This document shows positions 1 to 10,015 of a stretch of 64,000 nt of DNA, piece by piece; position 1 is the stretch's first letter, and every line of letters begins with the position of its first letter. The notes under the pieces were generated by a model. It did no database searches. It saw only the letters and a list, made by a program, of their open reading frames with translations, and was not told the DNA's origin. The translations under genes and the position numbers were made by a program. Source of the DNA: Candidatus Kaiserbacteria bacterium CG10_big_fil_rev_8_21_14_0_10_47_16 (GTDB lineage: Bacteria; Patescibacteriota; Minisyncoccia; Phycocordibacterales; UBA918); NCBI GenBank assembly GCA_002773395.1, contig PFBI01000004.1, positions 12,615-76,614 on the forward strand, given 5' to 3'.

Positions 1-165
1 ACCGCGCATATCAACAGGGGGTATGACGATATTATTGATACAATGGAGATATCGTTCTGGGTTATTCCGTGGAAGCTTGCAGGAGTAACGTTTGGTATCA
101 TCTTTATCATTCTCTATACCATTCGTACGTTCTTTAAAAGGTTTGAATTCAAACGGAAAGACTAG
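1..165 (+). CDS. Partial (3' end) membrane-anchored surface protein, DUF916/DUF3324-like
   Basis: Frame 1 is open to TAG at 163-165: ...ISFWVIPWKLAGVTFGIIFIILYTIRTFFKRFEFKRKD, a C-terminal TM helix plus basic tail; lies upstream of two secreted-protein genes. Confidence 0.55.
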   Translation, partial: TAHINRGYDDIIDTMEISFWVIPWKLAGVTFGIIFIILYTIRTFFKRFEFKRKD

Positions 166-186
166 CGGAATACATACGCTTTCACT

Positions 187-960
187 ATGTTTAATACACG
201 TACCATATATTCAGCAATGGTCGTATCAGCACTCTGTACGCCCTTTATCGTATTTCTGTTTCAAGGTGTATCGGCACAGGTGATGGGGAGTACTAATTAC
301 CGTATTGAAAGCGACAGCATTAACGTTGGTGGTGGGTACGCAAGTTCTACAAACTACCAACTTGAATCAACTGCCGGAGAAATTGCGACAGGCGAGTCGG
401 CAAGTAGTAATTACAAATTGAAGGCGGGGTATCAGCAGATGCATGAGGTGTATCTTGCAATGTCTCCGGCAGCGGACGTGACCATGTCTCCAAATATTGG
501 CGGTATCACGGGAGGTACTGCAAATGGTTCGACGACGGTCGCTGTGACTACGGACAGTGCTGCAGGATACACACTCACCATTTTTGCATCGGGAAGTCCT
601 GCCATGCAGAGCGGTGTAAATACGATTGCTGATTACACTCCGTCTGGCGCAGCGCCGGATTATACGTTTACAACAGGAGCAACTGATTCACACTTCGGGT
701 ATTCACCGTATGGCCCTGATACCGTACAGCGATTTTTAGATGACGGTGCATCGCTCTGCAACACAGGTAGTAGTAATGGCACGGCGACCTGCTGGGATGG
801 CCTCTCGACAAGTGATGCAACGATTGCGTCTGCGGGAAGTGCCAATCACCCTAATGGAGCAACCACAACAATTTACTTTCGGCTTGGTATCGGCGGTTCT
901 GTGGGGCAGCCTGAAGGCGTATACGTTGCAACGACAACGCTCACTGCACTTGCATTATGA
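187..960 (+). CDS. Secreted Ser/Thr/Gly-rich surface protein (WxL-like beta fold, hypothetical)
   Basis: 257 aa, signal peptide, repeated S(T/S)NY(R/Q/K)(I/L) motifs, ends GVYVATTTLTA. Confidence 0.6.
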   Translation: MFNTRTIYSAMVVSALCTPFIVFLFQGVSAQVMGSTNYRIESDSINVGGGYASSTNYQLESTAGEIATGESASSNYKLKAGYQQMHEVYLAMSPAADVTMSPNIGGITGGTANGSTTVAVTTDSAAGYTLTIFASGSPAMQSGVNTIADYTPSGAAPDYTFTTGATDSHFGYSPYGPDTVQRFLDDGASLCNTGSSNGTATCWDGLSTSDATIASAGSANHPNGATTTIYFRLGIGGSVGQPEGVYVATTTLTALAL

Positions 961-2501
961 TTTCTTTCGCATACAAACTCCTGACATACTGTGTGATCGC
1001 GAGTTTGCTGCTGCCAACTGGGGTGTTTGCTGCTACTGATTCTTTTAATATTCATGCCACCGTTACTGGGGTTGCAGATGCAACCGCGCCAAGTATTCCG
1101 ACCGGACTCACGGCGACGGCAGTATCGGTTTCAGCAATAAATCTCTCGTGGACTGCGTCAACTGATAATGTCAGTGTAACGGGGTATCAGGTCTTTCGAG
1201 ATAGTATTCAGATTGCGACGAGTTCAGGTACCACATATTCTGATACTGGACTTGCGACAAGTACTGCATATACATATTTTGTAAAAGCGTTTGATGCCGC
1301 CGGCAATATTTCAGCAGCATCAAATAGTGATAATGCAACAACGTTTTCTCCGCCTGCGGTAAACCCTGGAGGTGTTTCAAGTGGGAGCGTCGGTATCTAT
1401 ATTGTTTCTATTGAAGTTATTCCGGGGTCAACCACTGCAGTCGTCCACTGGCGGACATCGGTCCCTACACGTTCAGTATTTGAGTGGGGGAAGACGACGT
1501 CATATGAGATTGGGAGGAGTGTCGCGGAAGCACTTTCCTCTGACCACCGTGCGTACATCACTGATCTGCTTCCGGGTACAGAATATAAATTTCGTATCAC
1601 AGGGCAAAACAGTGCGGGCGTCTCAAGAATCTTGACCGCAGATTCGTTTGTCACACTCATCGGTCCTGATGTATCAGCGCCATCAAACGTTCGAGATTTA
1701 CGTGCGGTTGCGGCGGGGAAAAATATTGTACTCACGTGGATTAATCCAAATGATCCTGATTTTGACCATGTACGCGTGCTTGGAAATGATCGTTGGTATC
1801 CGGGTGATACCGCCGACGGTGCGCTTATATATGAAGGTAATAAAGAGCGCACGATTGATATCGGTGCAGTAGTGCCAGGGACAACGAAGTACTACACCGT
1901 TTTCTCATATGATGAAAACGGAAATACCTCCTCGGGAGCCATCGTTGCGCTTATGATTGATGAAGACGGCACGGTTCATATTGTTGATTTTGATGCAGGT
2001 TCATTTACCGAAGTTCCGGCAGGGATATCGCTTGCGGATATACAGTTTATTCAAGACAACCGCATCATCGTACCTATCGGCGGAACCATCTCGCTTGATG
2101 GATCGCGAGCACTCCTCGTTGTGCTTCCGTACAATAGTGTTCCCGAGCATCTCAAGAGTATTTTAATGACTATTAAAAGTAACGACGGGACTGATGCTTC
2201 GTTTTCATTCCTTCTCCGCGTGAATGAAAATAAAACTGCCTATACCGCCGCTGTTGCAGCATTTGGAATATCAGGAGCATTTCCGTTCTCAGTCTCATTG
2301 ATTGATTACAAAGTAAAGCAAATTGGGAGAGTCGAAGGCATTCTTGCCTCACGCATCCTTCCGTCCGACAATGCTTCCATGTGGTCGTTGTTCAATAGTA
2401 TGGGGTACTTCCCGTATTTCATTCTTTTCCTCGTTGTCCTTCTTGTTATCGCGCGTAGACTCATACGGGGTCCCAAATTAGAACGTGTGGAGAATACATA
2501 A
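957..2501 (+). CDS. Fibronectin type III domain surface protein with C-terminal TM anchor
   Basis: DATAPSIPTGLTATAVS...LSWTASTDNVSVTGYQV...AFDAAGN Fn3 signature, further Fn3-like domains, signal peptide, C-terminal TM plus basic tail. Confidence 0.8.
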   Translation: MISFAYKLLTYCVIASLLLPTGVFAATDSFNIHATVTGVADATAPSIPTGLTATAVSVSAINLSWTASTDNVSVTGYQVFRDSIQIATSSGTTYSDTGLATSTAYTYFVKAFDAAGNISAASNSDNATTFSPPAVNPGGVSSGSVGIYIVSIEVIPGSTTAVVHWRTSVPTRSVFEWGKTTSYEIGRSVAEALSSDHRAYITDLLPGTEYKFRITGQNSAGVSRILTADSFVTLIGPDVSAPSNVRDLRAVAAGKNIVLTWINPNDPDFDHVRVLGNDRWYPGDTADGALIYEGNKERTIDIGAVVPGTTKYYTVFSYDENGNTSSGAIVALMIDEDGTVHIVDFDAGSFTEVPAGISLADIQFIQDNRIIVPIGGTISLDGSRALLVVLPYNSVPEHLKSILMTIKSNDGTDASFSFLLRVNENKTAYTAAVAAFGISGAFPFSVSLIDYKVKQIGRVEGILASRILPSDNASMWSLFNSMGYFPYFILFLVVLLVIARRLIRGPKLERVENT

Positions 2502-2537
2502 ACCGAGGAGTGGGGGGTGATGATACACTAGGTACAT

Positions 2538-3587
2538 ATGAAAAAAACACGTGTTGCCATCAATGGCTTTGGACGCATTGGAAGAACATTTTTCCGTATG
2601 GCCGCAGGTCATCCTGATTTTGATATTGTCGCAGTGAATGATCTTGGTGACATTGAAAATCTTGCATACCTTCTCACGTACGATACTGCGTATGGACGAA
2701 GTCCTCACGACATCAAAGTCACTGGAGGCAAACTGGTAGTGAACGGATCAGAGATTGAATTTTTAAGTGAACGTGAGCCGAGCAATCTGCCGTGGGAGAA
2801 ACTCGGTGTTGATATTGTTATTGAATCAACGGGATTCTTTACAAGTTATGAAGCATCAAAGGCTCACCTGAAAGCAGGCGCGAAGCGTGTGGTGATTAGC
2901 GCGCCAGTCAAAGATGATCCAGAGGCAGCAGGAGTAACGGGCGCGACAGTACTGATGGGGGTAAACGACAGTGTTCTTGGTGAGGACTGTCAGATAAGTT
3001 CAAATGCATCGTGTACAACGAATGCCACGAGCCCACTTGTCGCTATCTTAAAAAAATCTATTGGCATTGAAAAGGCGGTACTCAATACCGTACATGCGTA
3101 CACCGCGACACAAGCACTTATCGACGCGCCGAGCAAAAAAGATTTTCGAAAGGGAAGGAGTGCTGCTCAAAATATTATCCCAAGCTCAACAGGAGCTGCT
3201 GTTGCGACCACGAAAGCCCATACTGATCTTGCGGGAAATTTCGATGGTATTGCTATGCGCGTCCCGGTTTCAGTCGGATCAATTGTTGATCTTACATTTA
3301 TTGCATCGAAAGATACGACGGTAGAAGAGGTGAATGCTGCACTACGCGCAGCAGCTGCAACACCGGCATGGAGCCCACTCTTTGCAGTTACGGAAGAGCC
3401 GATCGTATCGTCCGATATTATTGGCGCACAGTTTGCAGCGATTGCCGACCTCTCATTTACACGAGTAGTGGGAGGAAACCTCGTGAAGGTACTTGCGTGG
3501 TATGACAATGAAACGAGTTATACCAGTACGCTCGTCCAGCATGTCGCTTCAATTGCAAAGTTTTTTCAGAGACAAGAAAAAAATTAG
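2538..3587 (+). CDS. gap: Glyceraldehyde-3-phosphate dehydrogenase, type I
   Basis: VAINGFGRIGR, SNASCTTN catalytic motif, WYDNE. Confidence 0.97.
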   Translation: MKKTRVAINGFGRIGRTFFRMAAGHPDFDIVAVNDLGDIENLAYLLTYDTAYGRSPHDIKVTGGKLVVNGSEIEFLSEREPSNLPWEKLGVDIVIESTGFFTSYEASKAHLKAGAKRVVISAPVKDDPEAAGVTGATVLMGVNDSVLGEDCQISSNASCTTNATSPLVAILKKSIGIEKAVLNTVHAYTATQALIDAPSKKDFRKGRSAAQNIIPSSTGAAVATTKAHTDLAGNFDGIAMRVPVSVGSIVDLTFIASKDTTVEEVNAALRAAAATPAWSPLFAVTEEPIVSSDIIGAQFAAIADLSFTRVVGGNLVKVLAWYDNETSYTSTLVQHVASIAKFFQRQEKN

Positions 3588-3588
3588 T

Positions 3589-4032
3589 ATGAAAATATAC
3601 TTTGCAGCTGATCATGCAGGTTTTGAATTAAAAGAGGTACTGCGTGCGTTTGTGCGCGATGAACTCGGCTATGAGACCGAGGACTGCGGTGCGTTTGCAA
3701 AGGATATCGACGATGATTATCCAGATTTCGTTCGTGTTGCAGCAGAGAAAGTGGCAGGAGAGGATGAAGGAATGGGGATTATCCTCGGTGGCTCAGGACA
3801 GGGAGAAGCAATCGCTGCGAACCGCACCAAAGGAGTGCGTGCTGCTGTGTACTATGGCGGTCCTGAAGAAATCGTGACTCTTTCTCGTGAGCATAACGAT
3901 GCAAATATGCTTTCGCTTGGAGCACGATTTATGAATGCTGATACTGCAAAAGAAGTTGTACGTCTATGGCTTGCTACAGAATTTTCAGGAGATGAGCGAC
4001 ATATACGTCGTCTACAAAAAGTGGATGACTAA
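3589..4032 (+). CDS. rpiB: Ribose-5-phosphate isomerase B
   Basis: MKIYFAADHAGFELK, DDYPD, GGSGQGEAIAAN, REHNDAN; start refined to ATG 3589. Confidence 0.92.
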   Translation: MKIYFAADHAGFELKEVLRAFVRDELGYETEDCGAFAKDIDDDYPDFVRVAAEKVAGEDEGMGIILGGSGQGEAIAANRTKGVRAAVYYGGPEEIVTLSREHNDANMLSLGARFMNADTAKEVVRLWLATEFSGDERHIRRLQKVDD

Positions 4033-4080
4033 ACATCGTCGCAGAAAGGTGATGGTATGATATATAAAACGACACAACGT

Positions 4081-4641
4081 ATGTTCTCTACACACACAAA
4101 AATGCTCGAAAAGAAAAAAGGGTTTACACTCATCGAACTCCTTGTGGTGATTGCGATTATTGGGATCTTAGCATCGGTTGCGCTTGCGTCACTCAGTCGG
4201 GCTCGTGAGAATTCGCGCAATGCTGCGCGTGTCTCACAGCTGCAAGAATATATTAAAGCGCTCAACCTTTCGTACTCGAATGTGGGCGCGTACCCAATGT
4301 GGGGGTCAGGATCGACAGGGTCTCTCATCTGTCTTGGTGACTACGGCGACGATCGTTGTTGGCAGACAAATTCAAACCCTGCAGGCTCTGCTGCAGAGCG
4401 TTCGGTGATAGCAGATGCACTTGTACCATCCTTCTTTGGGATGCTTCCTATGGGAGAAACAACGGTATTTGGAGGGGGATCAAGTCCAACCTATGAAGGA
4501 ATGACCTACCAACACCTCAATTACGGAAGAGGGTACCAGATTCAGTACTTTATGGAAGGAAACGGACAAAACTGTTTACTTACGAATACCACATCGTCTG
4601 ATGTTGGCGCTGATACACTTTGTGTATATACCTCATCCTAA
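4081..4641 (+). CDS. Type IV pilin / pseudopilin
   Basis: KKGFTLIELLVVIAIIGILA class III signal peptide, Cys pairs in the head domain. Confidence 0.9.
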   Translation: MFSTHTKMLEKKKGFTLIELLVVIAIIGILASVALASLSRARENSRNAARVSQLQEYIKALNLSYSNVGAYPMWGSGSTGSLICLGDYGDDRCWQTNSNPAGSAAERSVIADALVPSFFGMLPMGETTVFGGGSSPTYEGMTYQHLNYGRGYQIQYFMEGNGQNCLLTNTTSSDVGADTLCVYTSS

Positions 4642-4674
4642 TACACTCGCGGCGTATTACCGCGTACGCATACT

Positions 4675-5331
4675 ATGATCATACCGGCAATTATTCCAAC
4701 ATCGCGCCACGCACTTGATTCGCAGCTTGATGCGGTCTCTTCTGTTGCACGCCAAGTGCAAGTTGATATTGTTGACGGTATTTTTGCAACCCCGACGTCG
4801 TGGCCGTATATTTGCGAAGATGTAGCGGGGGCACTTGTAGGACTGGATTTTCGCAGTACCGCTGTTGAGCTCGATCTTATGGTGAAGGATCCAGAAGGTA
4901 CACTCGATATGTGGCTTGCGACACATCCTGCAAAAATGGTGGTGCACGTCGAGAGTACGAATAACCTCAATCGTGTTATCGAGCATGCCAATCGGCATGC
5001 GTATCAACTTGGGCTCGCGTTTAATAATGATACAAGTCTTGATGTGCTCGCGGTTCTCGATCGTCGGTCGTTTGATTATGTGCAACTCATGGGGATTGCG
5101 ACCATTGGGACTCAGGGTCAACCCTTTGACGAGCGTGTTATTGATCGGATTCTTTTTTTGAAAAAGACGTACCCCGATCTTCCAATACAAATTGATGGAA
5201 GTGTAAATATGGAAACTATTTCAAAGCTGCGGCGAGCGGGAGCAGATCTACTCGTCGCAGGGTCAGCAATCTTTGCGGATCCATACCCAGAGAACGCGTA
5301 CCGAGCACTTGCAGAACGAGCGATGTTATAA
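4675..5331 (+). CDS. rpe: Ribulose-phosphate 3-epimerase (divergent)
   Basis: QVDIVDG, LDLMV, VQLMG...GTQGQ, IQIDGSVN, LVAGSAIF. Confidence 0.88.
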   Translation: MIIPAIIPTSRHALDSQLDAVSSVARQVQVDIVDGIFATPTSWPYICEDVAGALVGLDFRSTAVELDLMVKDPEGTLDMWLATHPAKMVVHVESTNNLNRVIEHANRHAYQLGLAFNNDTSLDVLAVLDRRSFDYVQLMGIATIGTQGQPFDERVIDRILFLKKTYPDLPIQIDGSVNMETISKLRRAGADLLVAGSAIFADPYPENAYRALAERAML

Positions 5332-5396
5332 GCGGTGATATTTCTTTACACAGACGAAAGACAGTGTGCCTGCAGGCTGCGGTATACTGATACAGT

Positions 5397-6293
5397 ATGC
5401 GATATCTCAACGACTCTGAAATTCAGAACCTAGAAATAAAAGCGAATAGTATTCGTGAGAGTATTATCGAAATGCTCATTGAAGCGGGAAGTGGTCACAC
5501 CGCGGGGCCACTTGGTATGGCGGATATTTTTACACTCCTTTACTTCGAGGTACTCAGGCATAATCCGAAGGATCCGCTATGGGTAGATCGAGATAGACTC
5601 GTTCTCTCAAACGGTCACATTTGTCCGGTGATGTACGCAGCAATGGCGCATGTAGGATATTTTCCTGTTGAAGAACTTCTTACGTTGCGAAAGTTTGGTT
5701 CACGACTGCAGGGACATCCTCATCGAGAACTGCTTCCGGGGCTTGAAACAAGTTCGGGCCCACTTGGGTCAGGTCTCTCGCAAGCCATCGGCATGGCACT
5801 CGCTGAGCGTATGGAGAATCCCTACTCTTCAAAATATTTTTATTGCATTGTCGGTGATGGGGAACTACAGGAAGGACAGATATGGGAAGCAGCGCTTCTT
5901 GCAGGAAAAGAACAACTCCACAATTTAATTGTGATTGTCGACCGCAACGGTATTCAAATTGATGGATACACGAAAGACGTCATGCCGATGGAACCATTGG
6001 TAGAAAAATTTGAATCTTTTAATTTTGATGTACAGGAGGTTGACGGTCACAATATTCGGAGCGTGAACGACGCTATCGGAAAGGCTCAGGCGGTATATGG
6101 CCAGCCGTCAGTTATTATTGCGCACACAATTCCTGCGAAAGGAGTTGATGTGTTTGAGCGAGATTTTAGATGGCACGGAAATCCTCCAGGGAAAGGGCCT
6201 GAAGATCGTGTTCCGAAAGACAAACAGGGAGAGGTTGCACTTCAGCGGCTTCACTCACTCGCAGGAGCTATTATTCCGTCTGATCGTTCGTAA
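5397..6293 (+). CDS. Transketolase, N-terminal (TPP-binding) subunit
   Basis: GSGH, DRLVLSNGH, LQGHP, GDGELQEG...DRNG. Confidence 0.95.
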   Translation: MRYLNDSEIQNLEIKANSIRESIIEMLIEAGSGHTAGPLGMADIFTLLYFEVLRHNPKDPLWVDRDRLVLSNGHICPVMYAAMAHVGYFPVEELLTLRKFGSRLQGHPHRELLPGLETSSGPLGSGLSQAIGMALAERMENPYSSKYFYCIVGDGELQEGQIWEAALLAGKEQLHNLIVIVDRNGIQIDGYTKDVMPMEPLVEKFESFNFDVQEVDGHNIRSVNDAIGKAQAVYGQPSVIIAHTIPAKGVDVFERDFRWHGNPPGKGPEDRVPKDKQGEVALQRLHSLAGAIIPSDRS

Positions 6294-6296
6294 TAT

Positions 6297-7283
6297 ATGA
6301 TGCCACAACACATTAATCCAAATATATTTAACGACACCGTTGAGCGAGTGCCAAACCGTAATGGTTTTGGTGAAGGGCTGAAAGCTGCAGGAGAGGTCGA
6401 GAAGAACGTTGTCGCACTCTGCTCCGACCTTACTGAGTCAACAAAGGTTTCAGATTTTGCGACTGCATTTCCTGAACGTTATTTTGAAATGGGTATTTGT
6501 GAACAATCGATGGCGTCAGTTGCATCGGGGATGGCTGCGATGGGGAAGATTCCATTCATTGCCTCGTACGCGATGTTTTCACCAGGAAGAAACTGGGAAC
6601 AGATTCGTACTACTATTGCCTACAACGGTGCGAATGTAAAAATAATCGGAGCGCACGCGGGTGTTTCTGTTGGTCCTGACGGTGCAACGCATCAAGCAAT
6701 TGAAGATATTGCACTGATGCGAACGATTCCTCGAATGGTTGTCATAGCTCCGTGCGATAGTAATGAAGCAAAGAAAGCGACGATGGCTGCCGCCACGTAT
6801 GATGGTCCGGTGTACATCCGTCTTGCACGTGAGAAGACACCTGTCGTCACGACGTCTGGGTCGCCGTTTACCATCGGTAAAGCAGAAATATATTTAGAGC
6901 GAAACAAAGACCATGCAAAGAAGATAGGTATTATTGCGAGCGGTACTATCCTGCACGGCGCTATGACCGCTGCACACGCATTAAACGAACAGGGAATTGG
7001 CGTCTCGGTTATGAATCTTGCGACTATTAAACCGCTTGATACAGAAGCAATCCTTGCGTTTGCAAAGGATCACGATGCGCTCGTAACTGTCGAAGAACAC
7101 CAAGTTGCAGGAGGTATGGGAAGTGCGGTCGCGGAGTATCTTTCGGAAGTATACCCAACGCGAGTCGTGCGACTCGGAGTACACGATCGGTTTGGTCAAT
7201 CGGGGACACCGGAAGAGCTCGTTGCTTACTATGGGATGGATGAAAAGGAGATTACCAAAACGGTACACGCTCTTGTGGATTGA
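6297..7283 (+). CDS. Transketolase, C-terminal subunit
   Basis: GICEQ, GPDGATHQ, GPVYIRL, TVEEH...GGMGS. Confidence 0.95.
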   Translation: MMPQHINPNIFNDTVERVPNRNGFGEGLKAAGEVEKNVVALCSDLTESTKVSDFATAFPERYFEMGICEQSMASVASGMAAMGKIPFIASYAMFSPGRNWEQIRTTIAYNGANVKIIGAHAGVSVGPDGATHQAIEDIALMRTIPRMVVIAPCDSNEAKKATMAAATYDGPVYIRLAREKTPVVTTSGSPFTIGKAEIYLERNKDHAKKIGIIASGTILHGAMTAAHALNEQGIGVSVMNLATIKPLDTEAILAFAKDHDALVTVEEHQVAGGMGSAVAEYLSEVYPTRVVRLGVHDRFGQSGTPEELVAYYGMDEKEITKTVHALVD

Positions 7284-7327
7284 TGTTTTGCATTACGAAG
7301 CATATGTGTAATGCTACATCTATACGT

Positions 7328-7855
7328 ATGTATACTATTTTAAAAGAAAGAAAACAGACAGGATTTACACTCATTGAACTTCTTGTGGTTATTGCCATTA
7401 TTGGGATCTTGGCATCGATTGCGCTTGCATCACTTAATACAGCGCGAGAAAAAGCACAGAACACAAACTATTTAAGCCAAATCGATGCCTACCAGAAGGT
7501 GTTTGAGCTGTATTATTCAGACAATGGATTTTACCCAAAGAGTGGCGTGAGTGCGACTGGTGCAGAATATTGTCTCGGTGAGGGGTATCCGAATGGTACG
7601 TGTTGGCATAATACCGGCACCGGACGGTCTGAAAATTCAACCTTTAACACAGCCTTGAAACAATACATTTCAGCGCTCCCTATTCCTGCCGTTATAAATC
7701 CCTCAGCTTCTCTACAAGGAGCAATCTATAAACACCTCAACTCCGGCGGCGGATATGATGTCCAGTATTTCCTTGCTGGGAATAATCAAAACTGTGGGAA
7801 GGGTACCTTCATTTCAAATATTTCAGGGAACACGCGGTGTCAGATTATAAAGTAG
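7328..7855 (+). CDS. Type IV pilin / pseudopilin (paralog of 4081..4641)
   Basis: TGFTLIELLVVIAIIGILA; shares C-terminal Y.HLN.G.GY..QYF..GN.QNC with the first pilin. Confidence 0.9.
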   Translation: MYTILKERKQTGFTLIELLVVIAIIGILASIALASLNTAREKAQNTNYLSQIDAYQKVFELYYSDNGFYPKSGVSATGAEYCLGEGYPNGTCWHNTGTGRSENSTFNTALKQYISALPIPAVINPSASLQGAIYKHLNSGGGYDVQYFLAGNNQNCGKGTFISNISGNTRCQIIK

Positions 7856-7878
7856 GATACTTGATACTCGTGCACAGT

Positions 7879-7908
7879 AAAATCTAACGGCGCGTGCCGT
7901 TAGATTTT
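7879..7908. terminator. Bidirectional hairpin between convergent pilin and PfkB genes
   Basis: AAAATCTAACGGC-GCGT-GCCGTTAGATTTT. Confidence 0.7.
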
Positions 7909-8901
7909 TTTAGGCACGTATGTCTTCGGAGCCTTCGCAAGAAAGTCCGTCAGCTCTTCTATAGTGAGTAGTCCGGCCTGCGCCCCGATTTTTTGTACGA
8001 CAGACATTGAGTTTATCGGTCCCCACGCAAGCGCAGTTTTCACATCGTTTCCGAGCGCGAGTGCTGCGGTGAAGGTTGAGGAAAAGGAGTCTCCAGCGCC
8101 GGTACGATCAACCGGTGGCGCAGGATCGGGGTACATTGGCATGAACCACACGGTCTCTCCATCAAGCGCGAATGCACCATTTGGTCCATCGGTAATGACG
8201 GGAATCTTTGGTCCGAGCGCACGAATACTGCGGAGGAGTGATGGAATGTCAGTTTCATCAGAACCGAGAATCTGTTGCGCCTCTTCTTTATTACAAAAAA
8301 AGATTTCAGTGACCGCATAGAGATCTTTAAGCGCTTCGTATCCAAGGCGGATTTGGAATGTGCCCGGTTGGAAGACGAGCTTCGTTTCTTTGTTGGCAGC
8401 AACATAGGTTGCGATGTCATGATGAAATTGCACACCGTTCTCGCCAATAGATGAGAAATAAATATATCGCGGCGGATTTTCAAAATCAGGAAGAATGTAC
8501 GGATACTCCTCGTGTTTAATGAGGATAGTACGCTCTGCACCGTACCTTAGTACGTAGTGATAGTTAGTGAGCTTTTGCTCGTGTATCTTTACGAAGTCAG
8601 TATCGACACCTTCAGTGCGGAGCGCGTCGAGACAGTCCTTGCCGTTGCGATCATGGCCGAGATTGGTTGCGAGTGCACTCTTAAGTCCGAGACGCTTTGC
8701 GGCAACGGCGGCGTTTGGAGCATTCCCTACAGCATTTACCACCGTGACGTCTTCGTACGGAAGCTTTTCACCAAAGTTCATCGAAAGTTGGCAAGGTTTA
8801 CCGTCGATGTCGCATACGACGGTCGCATCTTTCTGTGAAAGTTGGATAAACGCGTCAATGGTAATATCTCCAATCGAAATAAAGTCGTATTCATGTGTCA
8901 T
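7900..8901 (-). CDS. PfkB-family carbohydrate kinase
   Basis: VGNAPNAAVAAKRLG, VITDGPNGA, DRTGAGDSF signature. Confidence 0.92.
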   Translation of the reverse strand: MTHEYDFISIGDITIDAFIQLSQKDATVVCDIDGKPCQLSMNFGEKLPYEDVTVVNAVGNAPNAAVAAKRLGLKSALATNLGHDRNGKDCLDALRTEGVDTDFVKIHEQKLTNYHYVLRYGAERTILIKHEEYPYILPDFENPPRYIYFSSIGENGVQFHHDIATYVAANKETKLVFQPGTFQIRLGYEALKDLYAVTEIFFCNKEEAQQILGSDETDIPSLLRSIRALGPKIPVITDGPNGAFALDGETVWFMPMYPDPAPPVDRTGAGDSFSSTFTAALALGNDVKTALAWGPINSMSVVQKIGAQAGLLTIEELTDFLAKAPKTYVPKKI

Positions 8902-8970
8902 ATAGGCAAAGTATACCACTGCCGCGGCGTGGTATTATTTGGGTATTAACACGATAACCACGATGAGAAC

Positions 8971-9939
8971 ATGGCATCAATTTACGTAACACGAAAAATC
9001 CCAACTGCAGGTATTACGCTTCTTGAAGAAGCAGGACACGACGTTGTCGTAAGCGCGAAAGACGGAGTACTGACAAAAGAAGAGCTTTTGCAGGCACTCG
9101 GAGAGAAAGAATATGACGCAGTCCTCTCGCTCCTTACTGATTCTGTAGATGGAGAAGTCTTTGATGCAGCTGCAAGCGCAAAGATTTTTGCAAACTATGC
9201 TGTTGGATTTAACAACATTGATCTTGATGCCGCGAAAGAGCGTGGAATTACTATTACGAACACGCCGGGCGTACTGACTGATACAGTGGCAGAGTATGCG
9301 TTTTCTCTGATGCTCGCCGTCACGAAGCGTATCGCAGAAGGTGACCGATTTACACGAAAGGGAGAATATGAAGGTTGGGCGCCTGAGCTGCTCCTCGGCA
9401 GCGATATGAAAGGCAAGACACTTGGCATCCTCGGTGCGGGACGTATTGGATCTGGTGTTGCCGTGCGCGCACAGAAAGGTCTCGGCATGAAAGTTATCTA
9501 TTACGATATCAAAGAGAACGAAGATCTTGAAAAAGAAATTGAGTGTACATTCCGCGCAAGTGTAGAAGAGGTGCTCAAAGAAGCAGATGTGGTTTCGGTA
9601 CACGTACCACTCCTTGATTCAACGCATCATTTGATAAATGCAGAGCGGCTCGCAATGATGAAGCCGTCAGCGTATTTGATTAATACATCCCGCGGACCAG
9701 TTATTGATGAGGCGGCATTGGTGGAAGCGTTGAAGAATGGTGTCATCCGTGGCGCAGGACTCGATGTATTTGAGAACGAGCCGAGGCTTGCAGCAGGGCT
9801 GAGTTCGCTTGAGAATGTAGTTATTACACCGCATATTGCTTCTGCAAGTGATGAAACACGTGAAAAAATGGCTACGATAGCTGCACAAAACATTATCGAT
9901 TTCCTTGCAGGGAAGAAACCTGAAAACGCGGTTGCGTAG
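8971..9939 (+). CDS. D-2-hydroxyacid dehydrogenase (glyoxylate reductase / D-glycerate dehydrogenase family)
   Basis: GILGAGRIG, LINTSRG, GLDVFENEP, TPHIAS. Confidence 0.93.
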   Translation: MASIYVTRKIPTAGITLLEEAGHDVVVSAKDGVLTKEELLQALGEKEYDAVLSLLTDSVDGEVFDAAASAKIFANYAVGFNNIDLDAAKERGITITNTPGVLTDTVAEYAFSLMLAVTKRIAEGDRFTRKGEYEGWAPELLLGSDMKGKTLGILGAGRIGSGVAVRAQKGLGMKVIYYDIKENEDLEKEIECTFRASVEEVLKEADVVSVHVPLLDSTHHLINAERLAMMKPSAYLINTSRGPVIDEAALVEALKNGVIRGAGLDVFENEPRLAAGLSSLENVVITPHIASASDETREKMATIAAQNIIDFLAGKKPENAVA

Positions 9940-10015
9940 GGAACTGGCCTCCCGCCCACATGTGCATTTTTTAAAATGTGTGGTATGGTAGTTGCCACAC
10001 TAATGACACATATAT

